Positions 16,165-25,684 of a DNA stretch of 32,000 nucleotides are shown here, in pieces. Both the position numbers and the translations under genes were made by a program. The notes beneath the pieces were generated by a model. The model worked only from the letters and a program-made list of their open reading frames with translations, had not been told where the DNA came from and made no database searches. Every line of letters begins with the position of its first letter. Within the stretch, counting starts at the first letter, position 1. Source of the DNA: Nocardioidaceae bacterium (lineage in GTDB: Bacteria; Actinomycetota; Actinomycetes; Propionibacteriales; Nocardioidaceae); contig DASSKK010000067.1 of NCBI GenBank assembly GCA_035690495.1, forward strand, positions 1-32,000. The letters run 5' to 3'.

Positions 16165-17974
16165 CGGCAACAGTGACGACTCCCGGGCCCACGGGGTCGG
16201 CGTACAACGCATCCACCAGATGCGCGCGGGTGCGCAGCACCTGGCGCTGGTTGACGTATCCCTTGTCGGTGATCTCCCCCGCGTCGAGGTCGGCCGGACG
16301 GGTCATTACCAGCAGCCGCTGCACGTGCCCGGCCGAGCCGATGGCCTCCTGCGCGGACAGCTGGCTGCCCAGCTCGGCGAGCAGGTCCGGGTCGCGTTCG
16401 ACCTCCGAGTCATTGTCGAGGCTGTGCCCGAGCAGCTTGGCAGCCGCGGCGGCGTCCAGCCACGCGAGCGCGGCCACGTAGTCGCGATGCTCGCCCGCGA
16501 CGACCACGTCGGACACCAGCGGGCAGGCCGACAGCAGCGCCGCGCGCACCGCAGCCACCCGGACGAACGTGCCGGTCGCGAGCTTGAAGTCCTCGGCGAG
16601 CCGGCCGCCGAACAACAGCCCGCGGTTCGGCTCGGCGGGATCGACCGGCTGCACGGCGTCGCCGGTGCGGTAGAAACCGTGCTCGTCGAAGCTCGCGGAC
16701 GTCAGGTCGGCTCGCCCGTAGTAGCCGGGAGTCACCATGGGCCCGCGCACCCGGATCTCGTAGCTGCCGGCCTGCTCCGGCGTGGGAACCAGCAGCAGCT
16801 CGGCGCCGGCCAGCGGGACACCGATGCACCGGGAGTCGTCGTAGTCGAAGTGGGCGGACGTGGCGGCCGGTGCGGTCTCGGTCAGTCCCCACGAGCCGGT
16901 CATGGGTACGTCGTGCCCGGCGGCACTCCTGCTCAGCGACAGCAGCCGTTCTCGGAGCTCGGGGGGCAGCGCGGCAGCGGCGTCGAACAGCAACCGCAAC
17001 CGGGAGAAGAAGCGGCTCGCCAACTCGCTGTCCGCCTCCAGGGCGGGCACGAGCCGGGCGTAGCCGGCCGGCACGTTGAAGTAGATCGTCGGCGGCACGT
17101 CCGCGAGGTTGGCGAGCGTCTTGTCGAACAGGGCCGGCGCCGGGCGGCCGTCGTCGACGTAGATCGTCCCGCCATGGGTGAGCACCAGATTGAGGTTGTG
17201 ACTGCCGCCGAACGTGTGACTCCACGGCAGCCAGTCCACAATCACCGGCCGCTCGTCGGCCAGGAACGGCCAGGACTGGGCGATCATCTGCTGGTTGGCG
17301 GCCAGCATCCCGTGCGTGGTGATCACCGCCTTCGGCGTGCCCGTCGAGCCGGAGGTGAACAACAGCTTCGCGACGGTATCGCCGTCGATCGCCTGGAACG
17401 CGTCCTCGACCGCTTGCCCCGGCTCGGTGCGCACGAGCTCGTCGAGCGGAGTCGCTCCGGGGCGGAGACCGTTCCCGAGGACCACCGGCACCCCGTCGAG
17501 CGCGTCGAGGGCGGGGCCGAACGTCTCCGCGTCCTCGGCGAAGACGGCGCCGGGTTTCACGAGTGCGGTGACCTCGCGCAGCCGGGAGTGGTCGCGCGAG
17601 GCGGTCGCGTAGGCGACGCTGGTCGGTGCGACCGGAACGCCGGCGAGCGTCGCGCCGAGCATCACCAGCAGGTGGTTCACCGAGTTGCCGGACACCACCA
17701 GCAGCGGCCGGTGCGGCGCGAGCCCCCGCTCGAGCAGTCCCTGGCCGATCGCCAGGGCAGCGCGTTCGGCCTCGGCGTACGAGACGCTCCGCCATCTTCC
17801 GGCGGCGTTGCGCTCGGCGGCCAGCAGGTGCTCCGGGTCGCGCCGCACCCATTGGCGGAACGACGTCGTCACGCTGTCCGGATGGTTGCCCAGCGGCTCG
17901 GCGGATCGCAGCAGCAGGCTGCCGTCGTGACGCCGTTCGCACCTGATGTCGGGGACGGCGAACAGCGTGCTCAC
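16157..17974 (-). CDS. AMP-dependent acyl-CoA synthetase (about 605 aa, feruloyl-CoA-synthase-like long form)
   Basis: AMP-binding motifs LLFTSGSTGTPKAV, SWGLTETAP and YRTGD, plus the C-terminal GEITDKGYVNQRQV. GTG 17974 overlaps the amidohydrolase stop (GTGA). The 92-aa extension in the track is Arg-rich. Confidence 0.9.
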   Translation of the reverse strand: MSTLFAVPDIRCERRHDGSLLLRSAEPLGNHPDSVTTSFRQWVRRDPEHLLAAERNAAGRWRSVSYAEAERAALAIGQGLLERGLAPHRPLLVVSGNSVNHLLVMLGATLAGVPVAPTSVAYATASRDHSRLREVTALVKPGAVFAEDAETFGPALDALDGVPVVLGNGLRPGATPLDELVRTEPGQAVEDAFQAIDGDTVAKLLFTSGSTGTPKAVITTHGMLAANQQMIAQSWPFLADERPVIVDWLPWSHTFGGSHNLNLVLTHGGTIYVDDGRPAPALFDKTLANLADVPPTIYFNVPAGYARLVPALEADSELASRFFSRLRLLFDAAAALPPELRERLLSLSRSAAGHDVPMTGSWGLTETAPAATSAHFDYDDSRCIGVPLAGAELLLVPTPEQAGSYEIRVRGPMVTPGYYGRADLTSASFDEHGFYRTGDAVQPVDPAEPNRGLLFGGRLAEDFKLATGTFVRVAAVRAALLSACPLVSDVVVAGEHRDYVAALAWLDAAAAAKLLGHSLDNDSEVERDPDLLAELGSQLSAQEAIGSAGHVQRLLVMTRPADLDAGEITDKGYVNQRQVLRTRAHLVDALYADPVGPGVVTVAGG

Positions 17975-18837
17975 GGCGTCGCTCGGTTGATGCCGGCGTA
18001 CACCCGCGCCGCGTTGCCGCCGAGGACCAGCCCGGCGGTCTGCTCGGACAGGCCGAGGCCGACCACGTCGGCCGCGTTGCGTGCGGTGCCGGGCACGCCC
18101 GGCCAGTCGGTGGCGAAGATCCACTTGCGGGCCAGCCGGCTGAGGTCGTAGCGCACGTAGTACTCCGGCAGCCGCTTCGGCGGCAGGCCGGACAGCTCGA
18201 TCCAGACGTGCTCGTAGGACATCGCGAGGAACGCCGCCGCGTCGTACCACCAGCCGCGGCCGCCGTGCGCGAGGACGACGTCGAGGGTCGGGAAGTCGCG
18301 GATCACCGGCAGCAGCAGCTCGGGGTCGGCCAGCTCGTTCATCGAGCCGGGGAACGTGCTGGTGCCGCAGTGCACCACCAGAGGGACGTGCCGCTCGACC
18401 AGCACCTGATACGCCGGGTAGAGACCGGCGTCGTCACAGCGGAACCCGCCGTGCACCGGGTGCAGCTTGAGCGCGGCGGCGCCCTGGTCGAGCTGGCGGC
18501 GCACCTCGTCGGCGACCGGGAAGTGCAGGTGCGGGTTGACGTTGGCGATCGGGCGGAACCGCGCCGGGTTCTGCTCCACGATGGGCAGCAGGTCCTCGAA
18601 GCGCTGGATGCCGGTCGCCTTGGGGCTGTACTCGCAGAACAGCAGCGCGACGTCGACGCCCTGCTCCTCGAAGAGCTCGTCGAGCCGCGCCGGGCGGGGT
18701 ACGCCGTCCGCGTCCCACACGTCCTCGAGGATCCCCTCGGGGCCGAAGTCGCGGGCCCACTCGATCCAGGCCGGCGCCAAGGTCGGGAGCACCGGCACGT
18801 GCACATGGGCGTCGACGAGCAGGTGGCCTTCCAGCAT
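17971..18837 (-). CDS. Amidohydrolase-2 family metal-dependent hydrolase/decarboxylase (TIM barrel)
   Basis: HxH motif LVDAHVHVP, then KLHPVHGG, VVHCGTS, LAHGG and ATDWP (terminal Asp). ATG 18837 shares 1 nt with the ferredoxin stop. The track ORF 17971..19146 fuses it to an out-of-frame reading of the ferredoxin gene. Confidence 0.88.
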   Translation of the reverse strand: MLEGHLLVDAHVHVPVLPTLAPAWIEWARDFGPEGILEDVWDADGVPRPARLDELFEEQGVDVALLFCEYSPKATGIQRFEDLLPIVEQNPARFRPIANVNPHLHFPVADEVRRQLDQGAAALKLHPVHGGFRCDDAGLYPAYQVLVERHVPLVVHCGTSTFPGSMNELADPELLLPVIRDFPTLDVVLAHGGRGWWYDAAAFLAMSYEHVWIELSGLPPKRLPEYYVRYDLSRLARKWIFATDWPGVPGTARNAADVVGLGLSEQTAGLVLGGNAARVYAGINRATP

Positions 18838-19193
18838 CAGCCGGCCGCCTGCCCCGGCTCGACGGTCCAGCCGGCCACGAGCGGCGTGTCGACGCCGACC
18901 TCGCCCAGCTTGGCGGCTCCGCCCGGCGCGCCCAGCGGCTCGGCACGGCCGGGCAGCGCCTCGGTGAAGAACCGCCGGTTGTCCTCGACGAACGCGGTGT
19001 CGTCCTCGGCGACCCGGCGGTCCTGGCTGATCGCCTCGACGGGGCAGACCGGCTCGCAGGCGCCGCAGTCGATGCACTCCTTGGGGTTGATGTAACTCTT
19101 GCGCTCTCCCTCGTAGATGCAGTCCACCGGACACTCGTCGACGCACGACTTGTCGTTCACGTCGATGCAGGCGCTGGCGATGACGTAGGGCAC
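18837..19193 (-). CDS. 7Fe ferredoxin ([3Fe-4S][4Fe-4S], actinobacterial FdxA type)
   Basis: PYVIASACIDVNDKSCVDECPVDCIYEG and CIDCGACEPVCPVEAI. GTG start preceded by GGAAGGGAG. Confidence 0.92.
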   Translation of the reverse strand: MPYVIASACIDVNDKSCVDECPVDCIYEGERKSYINPKECIDCGACEPVCPVEAISQDRRVAEDDTAFVEDNRRFFTEALPGRAEPLGAPGGAAKLGEVGVDTPLVAGWTVEPGQAAG

Positions 19194-19233
19194 TGCGCTC
19201 CCTTCCTGGGCTCCGTCTCCGGGACTTGTCGAG

Positions 19234-20268
19234 CTACACCGGTTGCGACTCCGGAGCCGGCATCTCGCTGGTGTGGCCGGGGAACAGGTGCGCGTCGGGG
19301 TCGATGTGCACGGCTGCGTTGTTCACCGCGGTGGCCACCTCGCCGAACCCCGTCGCGATCAACCGGACCTTCCCGTCGTACTCGACGACGTCGCCGGCAC
19401 CGAAGACCCCGGGCAGGTTGGTCCGCATCGCGCTGTCGACGACCAGGTGCCGGTTGTCGTGCATCTGCACACCCCATTCGCGCATCGGGCCGAGGCTGGC
19501 CTTGAAGCCCAGCGCCGCGACGACGCGCTGGCACGCCAGCTCCAGCGGGGCCGGCTCGCCACGGACCGCGATCGTCGCTCCCGCGACGGTGCCGTCGCCG
19601 TTCAGGGCGGCGACCTCGGCGTTGACGACGATGCGCACGCCCGTCTCGCGCACCTTCTCCACGGTGCCCGGCTGCGCGCGGAACCGCTCCCGCCGGTGCA
19701 CGAGCGTCACCGACGACGCAAGCGGCTCCAGCATCAGGCACCAGTCGAACGCGCTGTCACCGCCGCCGACGACGAGGACGTCGCGCCCGGCGTACCCCTC
19801 GACGTCGGTGACGAAGTACTCCAGCCCACGACCGAGGAAGTCCTCCCCGGCCGGCAGCTGACGCGGGCTGAACGTGCCGATCCCGCCGGTCACCACCACG
19901 GCCCCGCAGTCCACGACGTTGCCGGTCGAGGTGACCACCCGCATCCGGCCGTCGTCGCGGATGTCGAGGGTCTGCGCCTCCTGGTCGAGGAGGTACGTCG
20001 GATGCGCCGACGCGGCCTGCTCGAACAGCGCGGCGACCAGATCCCTGCCGAGCACGGTCGGAAAGCCGCCGACGTCGTAGATCTGCTTCTCGGGGTACAT
20101 GGCGCTGACCTGGCCGCCGACCTGGCTCAGCGAGTCCACGACGCCGACGCTGAGGCCACGCACGCCGGCGTAGTAGGCACCGTAGAGCCCGACGGGGCCG
20201 GCCCCCACGATCAGCACGTCCACGTCGGTCGAGCCCACGCCGTAGGTCGAGCTTGTCGAGACCATCAC
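19234..20268 (-). CDS. Thioredoxin-reductase-like ferredoxin-NADP+ reductase (YumC-type FNR)
   Basis: FAD-binding DVLIVGAGPVGLYGAYYAG, SQVGGQVSAMYPEKQIYDVGGFP, and NAD(P)-binding VLVVGGGDSAFDW. The start (GTG 20268 or ATG 20265) overlaps the boxC stop. Confidence 0.9.
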   Translation of the reverse strand: MMVSTSSTYGVGSTDVDVLIVGAGPVGLYGAYYAGVRGLSVGVVDSLSQVGGQVSAMYPEKQIYDVGGFPTVLGRDLVAALFEQAASAHPTYLLDQEAQTLDIRDDGRMRVVTSTGNVVDCGAVVVTGGIGTFSPRQLPAGEDFLGRGLEYFVTDVEGYAGRDVLVVGGGDSAFDWCLMLEPLASSVTLVHRRERFRAQPGTVEKVRETGVRIVVNAEVAALNGDGTVAGATIAVRGEPAPLELACQRVVAALGFKASLGPMREWGVQMHDNRHLVVDSAMRTNLPGVFGAGDVVEYDGKVRLIATGFGEVATAVNNAAVHIDPDAHLFPGHTSEMPAPESQPV

Positions 20269-21983
20269 ACCCGCCCGAAGTCGTAGCTGCCACGCCGGCC
20301 GGACCCGAACCGGCGCAGCGCGCCGTCCGGGCCGGAGGCGTTCGGTCGCACGAAGACCCAGTTCTGCCAGGCGCTCAGTCGCCCGAAGATCTTGGTCTCG
20401 ATCGTCTCCGGGCCGGCGAACCGGCAGTTCGCCTCCATCCCGGTCAGCGCGTCCGGAGAAAGCGACGCCCGTTCCTCGGTGACGATCCGCAGCTCGTCGG
20501 TGAAGTCGATGTCGTCGAGTGCCATCGTCACCAGCCCGGCCTCCTCCGCGGCGGCGGCGTCCAGCGGCTCGTCGATCCGGCTGCGCGCAGCGGCGAGTCC
20601 GTCGTCGTCGCCGTAGAACCGGGTCGCCAGCCGGGACAGGCCGTTGCTCATCGGGAACAGACCGTCGTTGCTCGCGGTCAGCACGATGCGTGCCGGCTCC
20701 GCGTCCGGGTCGACGTCCTCATAGACCCCTTCGAGCATGTACTGCCGGTCGCAGGCCAGCCCGAGCTCGGCGAGCAGACCGCCGAAGCACGACCCGGGCT
20801 CGACCACCGCGAGCAGGCTGCGGCTCGTCACGTCGAGGCGTTTGAACGTGCGCTTGAGGTAGTGCACGACCTCGTGCACGAGCCAGTCCCGGCTAACGAG
20901 CTCCCGCAGCTGGGCGTCGTACGCCAGCACCCTGTCGAGGTCGCCCGTGATGCGCAGCAGCCAGGTGCCGAGCTCGGGCTCGTTGGTGCGCAGCCGCAGG
21001 ATCGCGTCGTCGAGCTCACGGGCGAGCGCGAGCGGCCAGTAGTCGACGCCTTGCGCGAGGACGCCGGCCGCACCGCCAGGCGGATCTTCGTTTGGACCGC
21101 GCACGGTGAGGTCGACCCGGCGTGCGTCCCGATCCAGGTGGGCGGTCAGGTGCGGGTAGCTCAGGGCGTCGTCGGTCTCGTGGCGCTGCAGCGGCGTGAG
21201 GCTGACTCCTCGCTCCCCCGGCAACCGGTTCGACGCCGATGCCGCGGCGCGGGCGCGCTCGCGCAGGCGCTCGTCCCAGCTGTTGCGGGGCACGGTGGCG
21301 TCCACGAGTCCCCAGCGCACCGCGGTGTCGCCGCGGTAGCCCTCGGCTCGCGTGGCGAACAGGTCCGCGCGGTCCTTGCGCACGTGCCGCTTGTCCACCA
21401 CCCGGGTGAGCCCGCCCGTCCCCGGGAGCACGCCGAGCAGCGGCACCTCGGGCAGCGAGACGGTCGAGGAGCCGTCGTCGACGAGCACGATCTGGTCGCA
21501 GGCGAGCGCCATCTCGTAACCACCGCCAGCCGCCGAGCCGTTGAGTGCGGCGATCCAGGTCTGCCCCGAGCTCGCGGTGGCGTCCTCGATGCCGTTGCGC
21601 GTCTCGTTGGTGAACTTGCAGAAGTTGACCTTCCAGGCGTGCGGCGAGCAGGCGAGCATCCGGATGTTCGCGCCGGCGCAGAACATCTTCTCCAGGCCGC
21701 CGGTGAGGACCACTGCCTTCACCTCGGGGTGCTCGAAGCGCAGCCGCTGGACGAGGTCGTGCAGCTCGATGTCGACACCGAGGTCGTAGGAGTTCATCTT
21801 CAGCTCGTAGCCCGGCATCAGGCCGCCGTCCTCATCGACGGCCAGGGTGGCGGTGGCCACCTCCCCGTCGACCTCGAGTCGCCAGTGCCGGTAGCCGGCC
21901 GGGTCGGTGTCGAAGTCCACCTTCGGGACGACCTGCTGCTCGGCTACCGGCTCTGCGGCCTGGTCGACGTGCATGGCGGTCAT
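20265..21983 (-). CDS. boxC: Benzoyl-CoA-dihydrodiol lyase / 2,3-epoxybenzoyl-CoA dihydrolase (BoxC, double crotonase fold)
   Basis: 572 aa. The blocks KMNSYDLGVDIELHDLVQRLRFEHPEVKAVVLTG, HAWKVNFCKFTNETRNGIED and SLPEVPLLGVLPGTGGLTRV match BoxC of Azoarcus as I recall it. RBS AGAGAGGTG. Confidence 0.9.
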   Translation of the reverse strand: MTAMHVDQAAEPVAEQQVVPKVDFDTDPAGYRHWRLEVDGEVATATLAVDEDGGLMPGYELKMNSYDLGVDIELHDLVQRLRFEHPEVKAVVLTGGLEKMFCAGANIRMLACSPHAWKVNFCKFTNETRNGIEDATASSGQTWIAALNGSAAGGGYEMALACDQIVLVDDGSSTVSLPEVPLLGVLPGTGGLTRVVDKRHVRKDRADLFATRAEGYRGDTAVRWGLVDATVPRNSWDERLRERARAAASASNRLPGERGVSLTPLQRHETDDALSYPHLTAHLDRDARRVDLTVRGPNEDPPGGAAGVLAQGVDYWPLALARELDDAILRLRTNEPELGTWLLRITGDLDRVLAYDAQLRELVSRDWLVHEVVHYLKRTFKRLDVTSRSLLAVVEPGSCFGGLLAELGLACDRQYMLEGVYEDVDPDAEPARIVLTASNDGLFPMSNGLSRLATRFYGDDDGLAAARSRIDEPLDAAAAEEAGLVTMALDDIDFTDELRIVTEERASLSPDALTGMEANCRFAGPETIETKIFGRLSAWQNWVFVRPNASGPDGALRRFGSGRRGSYDFGRV

Positions 21984-22084
21984 CGGGACACCTCTCTGGT
22001 GGGGACACTCAATACTCTACGCAACCCGCGCACACCGTCAACAGTTTGTAGACTGTGCACCGTTCGGCGCAGGAAGGAGACTCG
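21984..22084. promoter_or_regulatory. Divergent boxC/paaX control region with an imperfect inverted repeat GCACAccGTCaAC...GTaGAC-TGTGC (22030-22059)
   Basis: 101-bp gap between divergent starts. The imperfect palindrome is seen directly. TAGACT (22049-22054) is -10-like. GGAAGGAG precedes paaX ATG 22085. Confidence 0.3.
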
Positions 22085-22954
22085 ATGCCCGGTGGCGGAG
22101 CAGACCACCCGCCCGAGCCGTCGGCCCGTCGGCGGGCGCTCGGCTCCGCCAGCGCACGCTCCCTGCTGCTGACGGTTCTCGGCGAGTTCGTGCACCCGCG
22201 CCAGGAGCGGGTGTGGACCGCGACGCTGCTGGAGGCGCTGACTGCCCTCGGCGTGGAGGAGAAGTCCGCGCGCCAGGCACTGGCACGTACGGCGAAGGAG
22301 GGCCTGCTGGTCTCCTCCCGTCACGGCCGCCGGGTGCTGTGGACGCTGACCGAGGACGGTGGCCGGCTCCTCGAGGAGGGCACCCGTCGCATCTACGGCT
22401 TCATGCGCGAGCGTCACCCGTGGGACGGGACCTGGCTGGTGCTCAGCGTGGTGATCCCGGAGGCGCAGCGGCAGCTCCGCCACCGGCTGCGCACGCGGCT
22501 CACCTGGCTCGGGCTCGGCTCGCCGAGCTCGGGGCTGTGGGTCAGCCCGGACGCCACCAAGGCGCGCGACGTACACGTGGCGCTCCGACAGCTCGGCCTG
22601 GAGAAGCAGTCGTTCGCGTGGACCGGTCCCGCGACCGGCATCGGCGACGAGGGTCGGCTGCTCACGCGCGCGTGGGACCTGGTCGACGTCGAGGACCGTT
22701 ACCTCGCCTTCCTGGAGGGGTTCGAGTCGCGCGAAGCCGAGACACCCGGCGATGCGTTCGTGGCGCAGGTGCAGATGGTCCAGGAGTGGCGGCGCTTCCC
22801 GTTCCTGGACCCGGACCTGCCCGTCGAGCTGCTCGACCACGACTGGCCCGGCGCCCGGGCCGCTGCGACGTTCCACGACCGGCACGCCCGTTGGCACGCA
22901 CTCGCCCAGGCCGAGTGGGACCGCCTCGACGCCTCCCCCGGCGCCAAACCCTGA
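22085..22954 (+). CDS. paaX: PaaX-family transcriptional repressor
   Basis: N-terminal wHTH SLLLTVLGEFVHPRQERVWTATLLEALTALGVEEKSARQALARTAKEGLL, and PaaX C-terminal domain FVAQVQMVQEWRRFPFLDPDLP. ATG 22085 has a strong RBS. Confidence 0.88.
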   Translation: MPGGGADHPPEPSARRRALGSASARSLLLTVLGEFVHPRQERVWTATLLEALTALGVEEKSARQALARTAKEGLLVSSRHGRRVLWTLTEDGGRLLEEGTRRIYGFMRERHPWDGTWLVLSVVIPEAQRQLRHRLRTRLTWLGLGSPSSGLWVSPDATKARDVHVALRQLGLEKQSFAWTGPATGIGDEGRLLTRAWDLVDVEDRYLAFLEGFESREAETPGDAFVAQVQMVQEWRRFPFLDPDLPVELLDHDWPGARAAATFHDRHARWHALAQAEWDRLDASPGAKP

Positions 22955-22985
22955 CCCTCTGGCGTTTCCCATGGGACCCAGGTTT

Positions 22986-23036
22986 TCTGCCGCCCCCCAC
23001 GGGGAGTTCCCCATGGGGAGCGGCAGATTCTCATGG
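22986..23036 (+). terminator. GC-rich stem-loop (TCTGCCGCCCCC / GGGG-A-GCGGCAGA) followed by TTCTCAT; candidate paaX terminator
   Basis: A 12-bp stem with one bulged A (22986-22997 pairing with 23015-23027). It is preceded by TTTT and followed by a T-rich stretch, and lies in the 112-bp convergent gap. Confidence 0.4.
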
Positions 23037-23066
23037 TGCCCTGGTAAACAGCGGCTCGACTGGGGC

Positions 23067-24380
23067 TCAGGTGGATGCCGACCGCGTCAGCTCAGCGAGT
23101 GCCAGTCCGCGGATAGACGCGTCGAGCACCTCGACGGTGTGAGCCAGGGGCATCGGTCTCCCGGCGCGCTCGAGGGCTGCGCCCACCTGCATCAGGCAAC
23201 CGGGGTTGGCGGTGACAAGCAGGTCGGCGCCCGTGGCCAGCACGTTGCCGGCCTTCCGGTCCCCCAGCTCACGCGCCGGTTCCGGGTTGATGATGTTGTA
23301 GATGCCCGCCGAGCCGCAGCACAGCTCCGACTCGGCGATCTCCCGAAGCTCGACCCCCGGGATAGCAGCGAGCAGGCTGCGCGGCTGACGTCTGACTCCC
23401 TGCGCATGGGCGAGGTGGCACGCGTCGTGGTAGGCGATGGTCACGTCGAGCCGGTGCCGGGGCGCGACCGGCTCCAGCTCGGTGAGGATCTCCGAGACGT
23501 CACGCACCTTCGCCTCGAAGGCACGGGCACGGTCGGCGTACGCCGGGTCGTCGGCCAGCAGGTCGGCGTACTCCTTCATCGCGGAGCCGCAGCCGGCCGA
23601 GTTGACCACGACCCGGTCGACGCCCGCCGCCTCGAACGCGTCGACCAGCGCCCTGGCGTATCCCTGCGCCTCGGACTCGCGCCCGTTGTGCGCCGACAGC
23701 GCCCCGCAGCACCCCTGGCTCTTCGGCATGATCACGTCGCAGCCCTCGGCGGCGAGCACTCGGGCGGTGGCCGCGTTGACGCCCGGGAAGAACTCGCGTT
23801 GCACGCAGCCCGTGAGCATCCCCACCACCGCCCGGCGCTGCCCCTGGGCGGGAACCCGTTCGGGGAGCCTGTCCCGACGTCCGAGTCGAGGAGCCAGCCG
23901 CTCCATGGCGGCCAGCTGCGGTGAGAGCCGTTCCAGCAGGCCCGTGCGTCGCAGCAACCGGTCCAGGCCGCTCCGCTGGGCGCCGCGGAGCGGGCCGCGC
24001 AGCAGCCGGAGCCGGCGCGGGTGGGGGAAGAGCGAGAACACCAGGCCGCGGACCGCCTTGTCCTTCTCGTCACGCTCGTGGTGCCGCTCCACCTGCGCCC
24101 GCGTCGCTCCGATGAGCTTGTCGTACTGCACGCCCGAGGGGCATGCGGTCACGCAGGCCATGCAGCCCAGGCAACGGTCCCAGTGCTGCACCATCGAGTC
24201 GCTCATCGGCTCGCCCTCGAGGCCCTGCTTCATCAGGTGGATGCGTCCGCGCGGGGAGTCCATCTCCTCGCCCCACAGCACGTAGGTGGGGCAGGTCGGC
24301 AGGCAGAAGCCGCAGTGCACGCAGTCGTCGACGAGCGCCGGGTCGGGTGGCCGGTGGTCGTCGAACGCGGCGGTCGTCAT
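23067..24380 (-). CDS. glcF: Glycolate oxidase iron-sulfur subunit GlcF
   Basis: Two 4Fe-4S motifs ([29 protein letters not shown]) plus two CCG domains ([14 protein letters not shown]). ATG 24380 shares 1 nt with the glcE stop. Confidence 0.9.
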   Translation of the reverse strand: MTTAAFDDHRPPDPALVDDCVHCGFCLPTCPTYVLWGEEMDSPRGRIHLMKQGLEGEPMSDSMVQHWDRCLGCMACVTACPSGVQYDKLIGATRAQVERHHERDEKDKAVRGLVFSLFPHPRRLRLLRGPLRGAQRSGLDRLLRRTGLLERLSPQLAAMERLAPRLGRRDRLPERVPAQGQRRAVVGMLTGCVQREFFPGVNAATARVLAAEGCDVIMPKSQGCCGALSAHNGRESEAQGYARALVDAFEAAGVDRVVVNSAGCGSAMKEYADLLADDPAYADRARAFEAKVRDVSEILTELEPVAPRHRLDVTIAYHDACHLAHAQGVRRQPRSLLAAIPGVELREIAESELCCGSAGIYNIINPEPARELGDRKAGNVLATGADLLVTANPGCLMQVGAALERAGRPMPLAHTVEVLDASIRGLALAELTRSAST

Positions 24381-25684
24381 CAGATCCCTCCCACGAAGCG
24401 GCCGGGCGCGAGCCGTCGCCCGGGGTCGAACTCGTGCTTGACACGGCGCATCAGGTCCAGGCCGGAGACCGGACCCCAGGTGTCGACCTCCTGCTTGACC
24501 TCGCTCGCCGCGTCGAGCACCACGAGACTGCCCCCGTGGGCCGTGCAGGTGTCGCGGAGACGGCCGACTGCCTCGCGGACCGCCTCGACGGGGCAGTCGG
24601 GCGCGATTGCGCCGTACACCACGCCGACGCCGGCCGAGCCGCGCAGGGTCACGGGTGCGCCAGGTGTGTCGCGGGCCGCGGCGAGCACAGCGGGCAGCCC
24701 GGACAGCGCGAACGTGAGCTTGAGCGCGGTCGCTCTCGCACCAATGGCATCCACCGTCGTATCCATCCAGGGGTAGCTTCCCCACCACTCCGGCGGGGTC
24801 GGGTCCTCGGTCACCGCATCGCCGAGAAGCTCGAGCGCCGTGGCCGTTCGGCCGGCGACCCCTTCGGGGATCCCGGCCAGCTGCACGGTCAGCGTCCCCG
24901 CACCGCGCGACGGCCAGTCGACCTCGACCGCGGCGGGCACCACCTGCGCGTGCAGGACCGCCTGGGCGACCTGGTAGGCGTGGTCGGCGGACTCGATCGG
25001 CACACCGAGGTGGCGCCGCTCGGCGGGCAGCGGATGCAGCCGGAAATGAGCGTCGACCACGACTGCCAGGGTGCCGAACGATCCCACCATCAGCTTGCCG
25101 AGGTCGTAGCCGGCGACGTTCTTCACCACCCGGCCGCCGGCCTTGGCGACGACTCCGTCGGCGCGCACGACGGTGATGCCGATCAGCAGGTCCCGCGGGG
25201 TGCCGACTGCAAGCCGGGTGGGACCGCTGGTCGCGGTCGCCAGGGTGCCTCCGATGCTGGCGCCGGGAACCGTCTCGTCGACGGAGAGTCGCTGGCCCTG
25301 CTCGGCCAGGACCTTCTGGAGGTCTGCGAGCCGGGTGCCCGCCTGTGTTGCTGCCACGAGGTCGCCGGCGGCGTGGTCGAGGACCTGGTCCATGCCGCTG
25401 AGATCGGCGATCACGTCGGCGCGCTCCGGTGGACGGCCCCAGGTCAGCTTCGTCCCGTGACCGCGCACGACCACGGCCAGGTCGTGCGCAGCACACGCGC
25501 GCATCAGCTCGGCCACCTGGTCGGCGGTGGTCGGGCTGGCGACCAGGGCGGCCTGCACCCCGTCGACCGCGTCGAGCTCACCGGCATCCGAGGCGGGACA
25601 CGCCGAAGCGACAGCGCGGCGCGCCGCCTCGTCCACCTCCGCCGGTCGAGCCTGTCGAGACCCGGTCTGTGCCGTCGTGTTCAT
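24380..25684 (-). CDS. glcE: Glycolate oxidase FAD-binding subunit GlcE
   Basis: FAD_binding_4-type region VVVRGHGTKLTWG, VKNVAGYDLGKLMVGSFGTLAVV. ATG 25684 shares 1 nt with the glcD stop. The track extension upstream overlaps glcD. Confidence 0.88.
   Translation of the reverse strand: MNTTAQTGSRQARPAEVDEAARRAVASACPASDAGELDAVDGVQAALVASPTTADQVAELMRACAAHDLAVVVRGHGTKLTWGRPPERADVIADLSGMDQVLDHAAGDLVAATQAGTRLADLQKVLAEQGQRLSVDETVPGASIGGTLATATSGPTRLAVGTPRDLLIGITVVRADGVVAKAGGRVVKNVAGYDLGKLMVGSFGTLAVVVDAHFRLHPLPAERRHLGVPIESADHAYQVAQAVLHAQVVPAAVEVDWPSRGAGTLTVQLAGIPEGVAGRTATALELLGDAVTEDPTPPEWWGSYPWMDTTVDAIGARATALKLTFALSGLPAVLAAARDTPGAPVTLRGSAGVGVVYGAIAPDCPVEAVREAVGRLRDTCTAHGGSLVVLDAASEVKQEVDTWGPVSGLDLMRRVKHEFDPGRRLAPGRFVGGI

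Noticed and set aside
17975-18250. N-terminal extensions in the ORF track for the acyl-CoA synthetase (to 18250), DinB (to 12889), amidohydrolase (to 19146), GlcF (to 25496), GlcE (to 25930), malate synthase (to 29048) and MarR (from 13179).
   Set aside because: The extensions are Arg-rich and overlap the upstream gene. Internal ATG/GTG codons that coincide with the upstream stop codon (ATGA, GTGA, TGATG) or follow good RBSs give proteins of normal family length.
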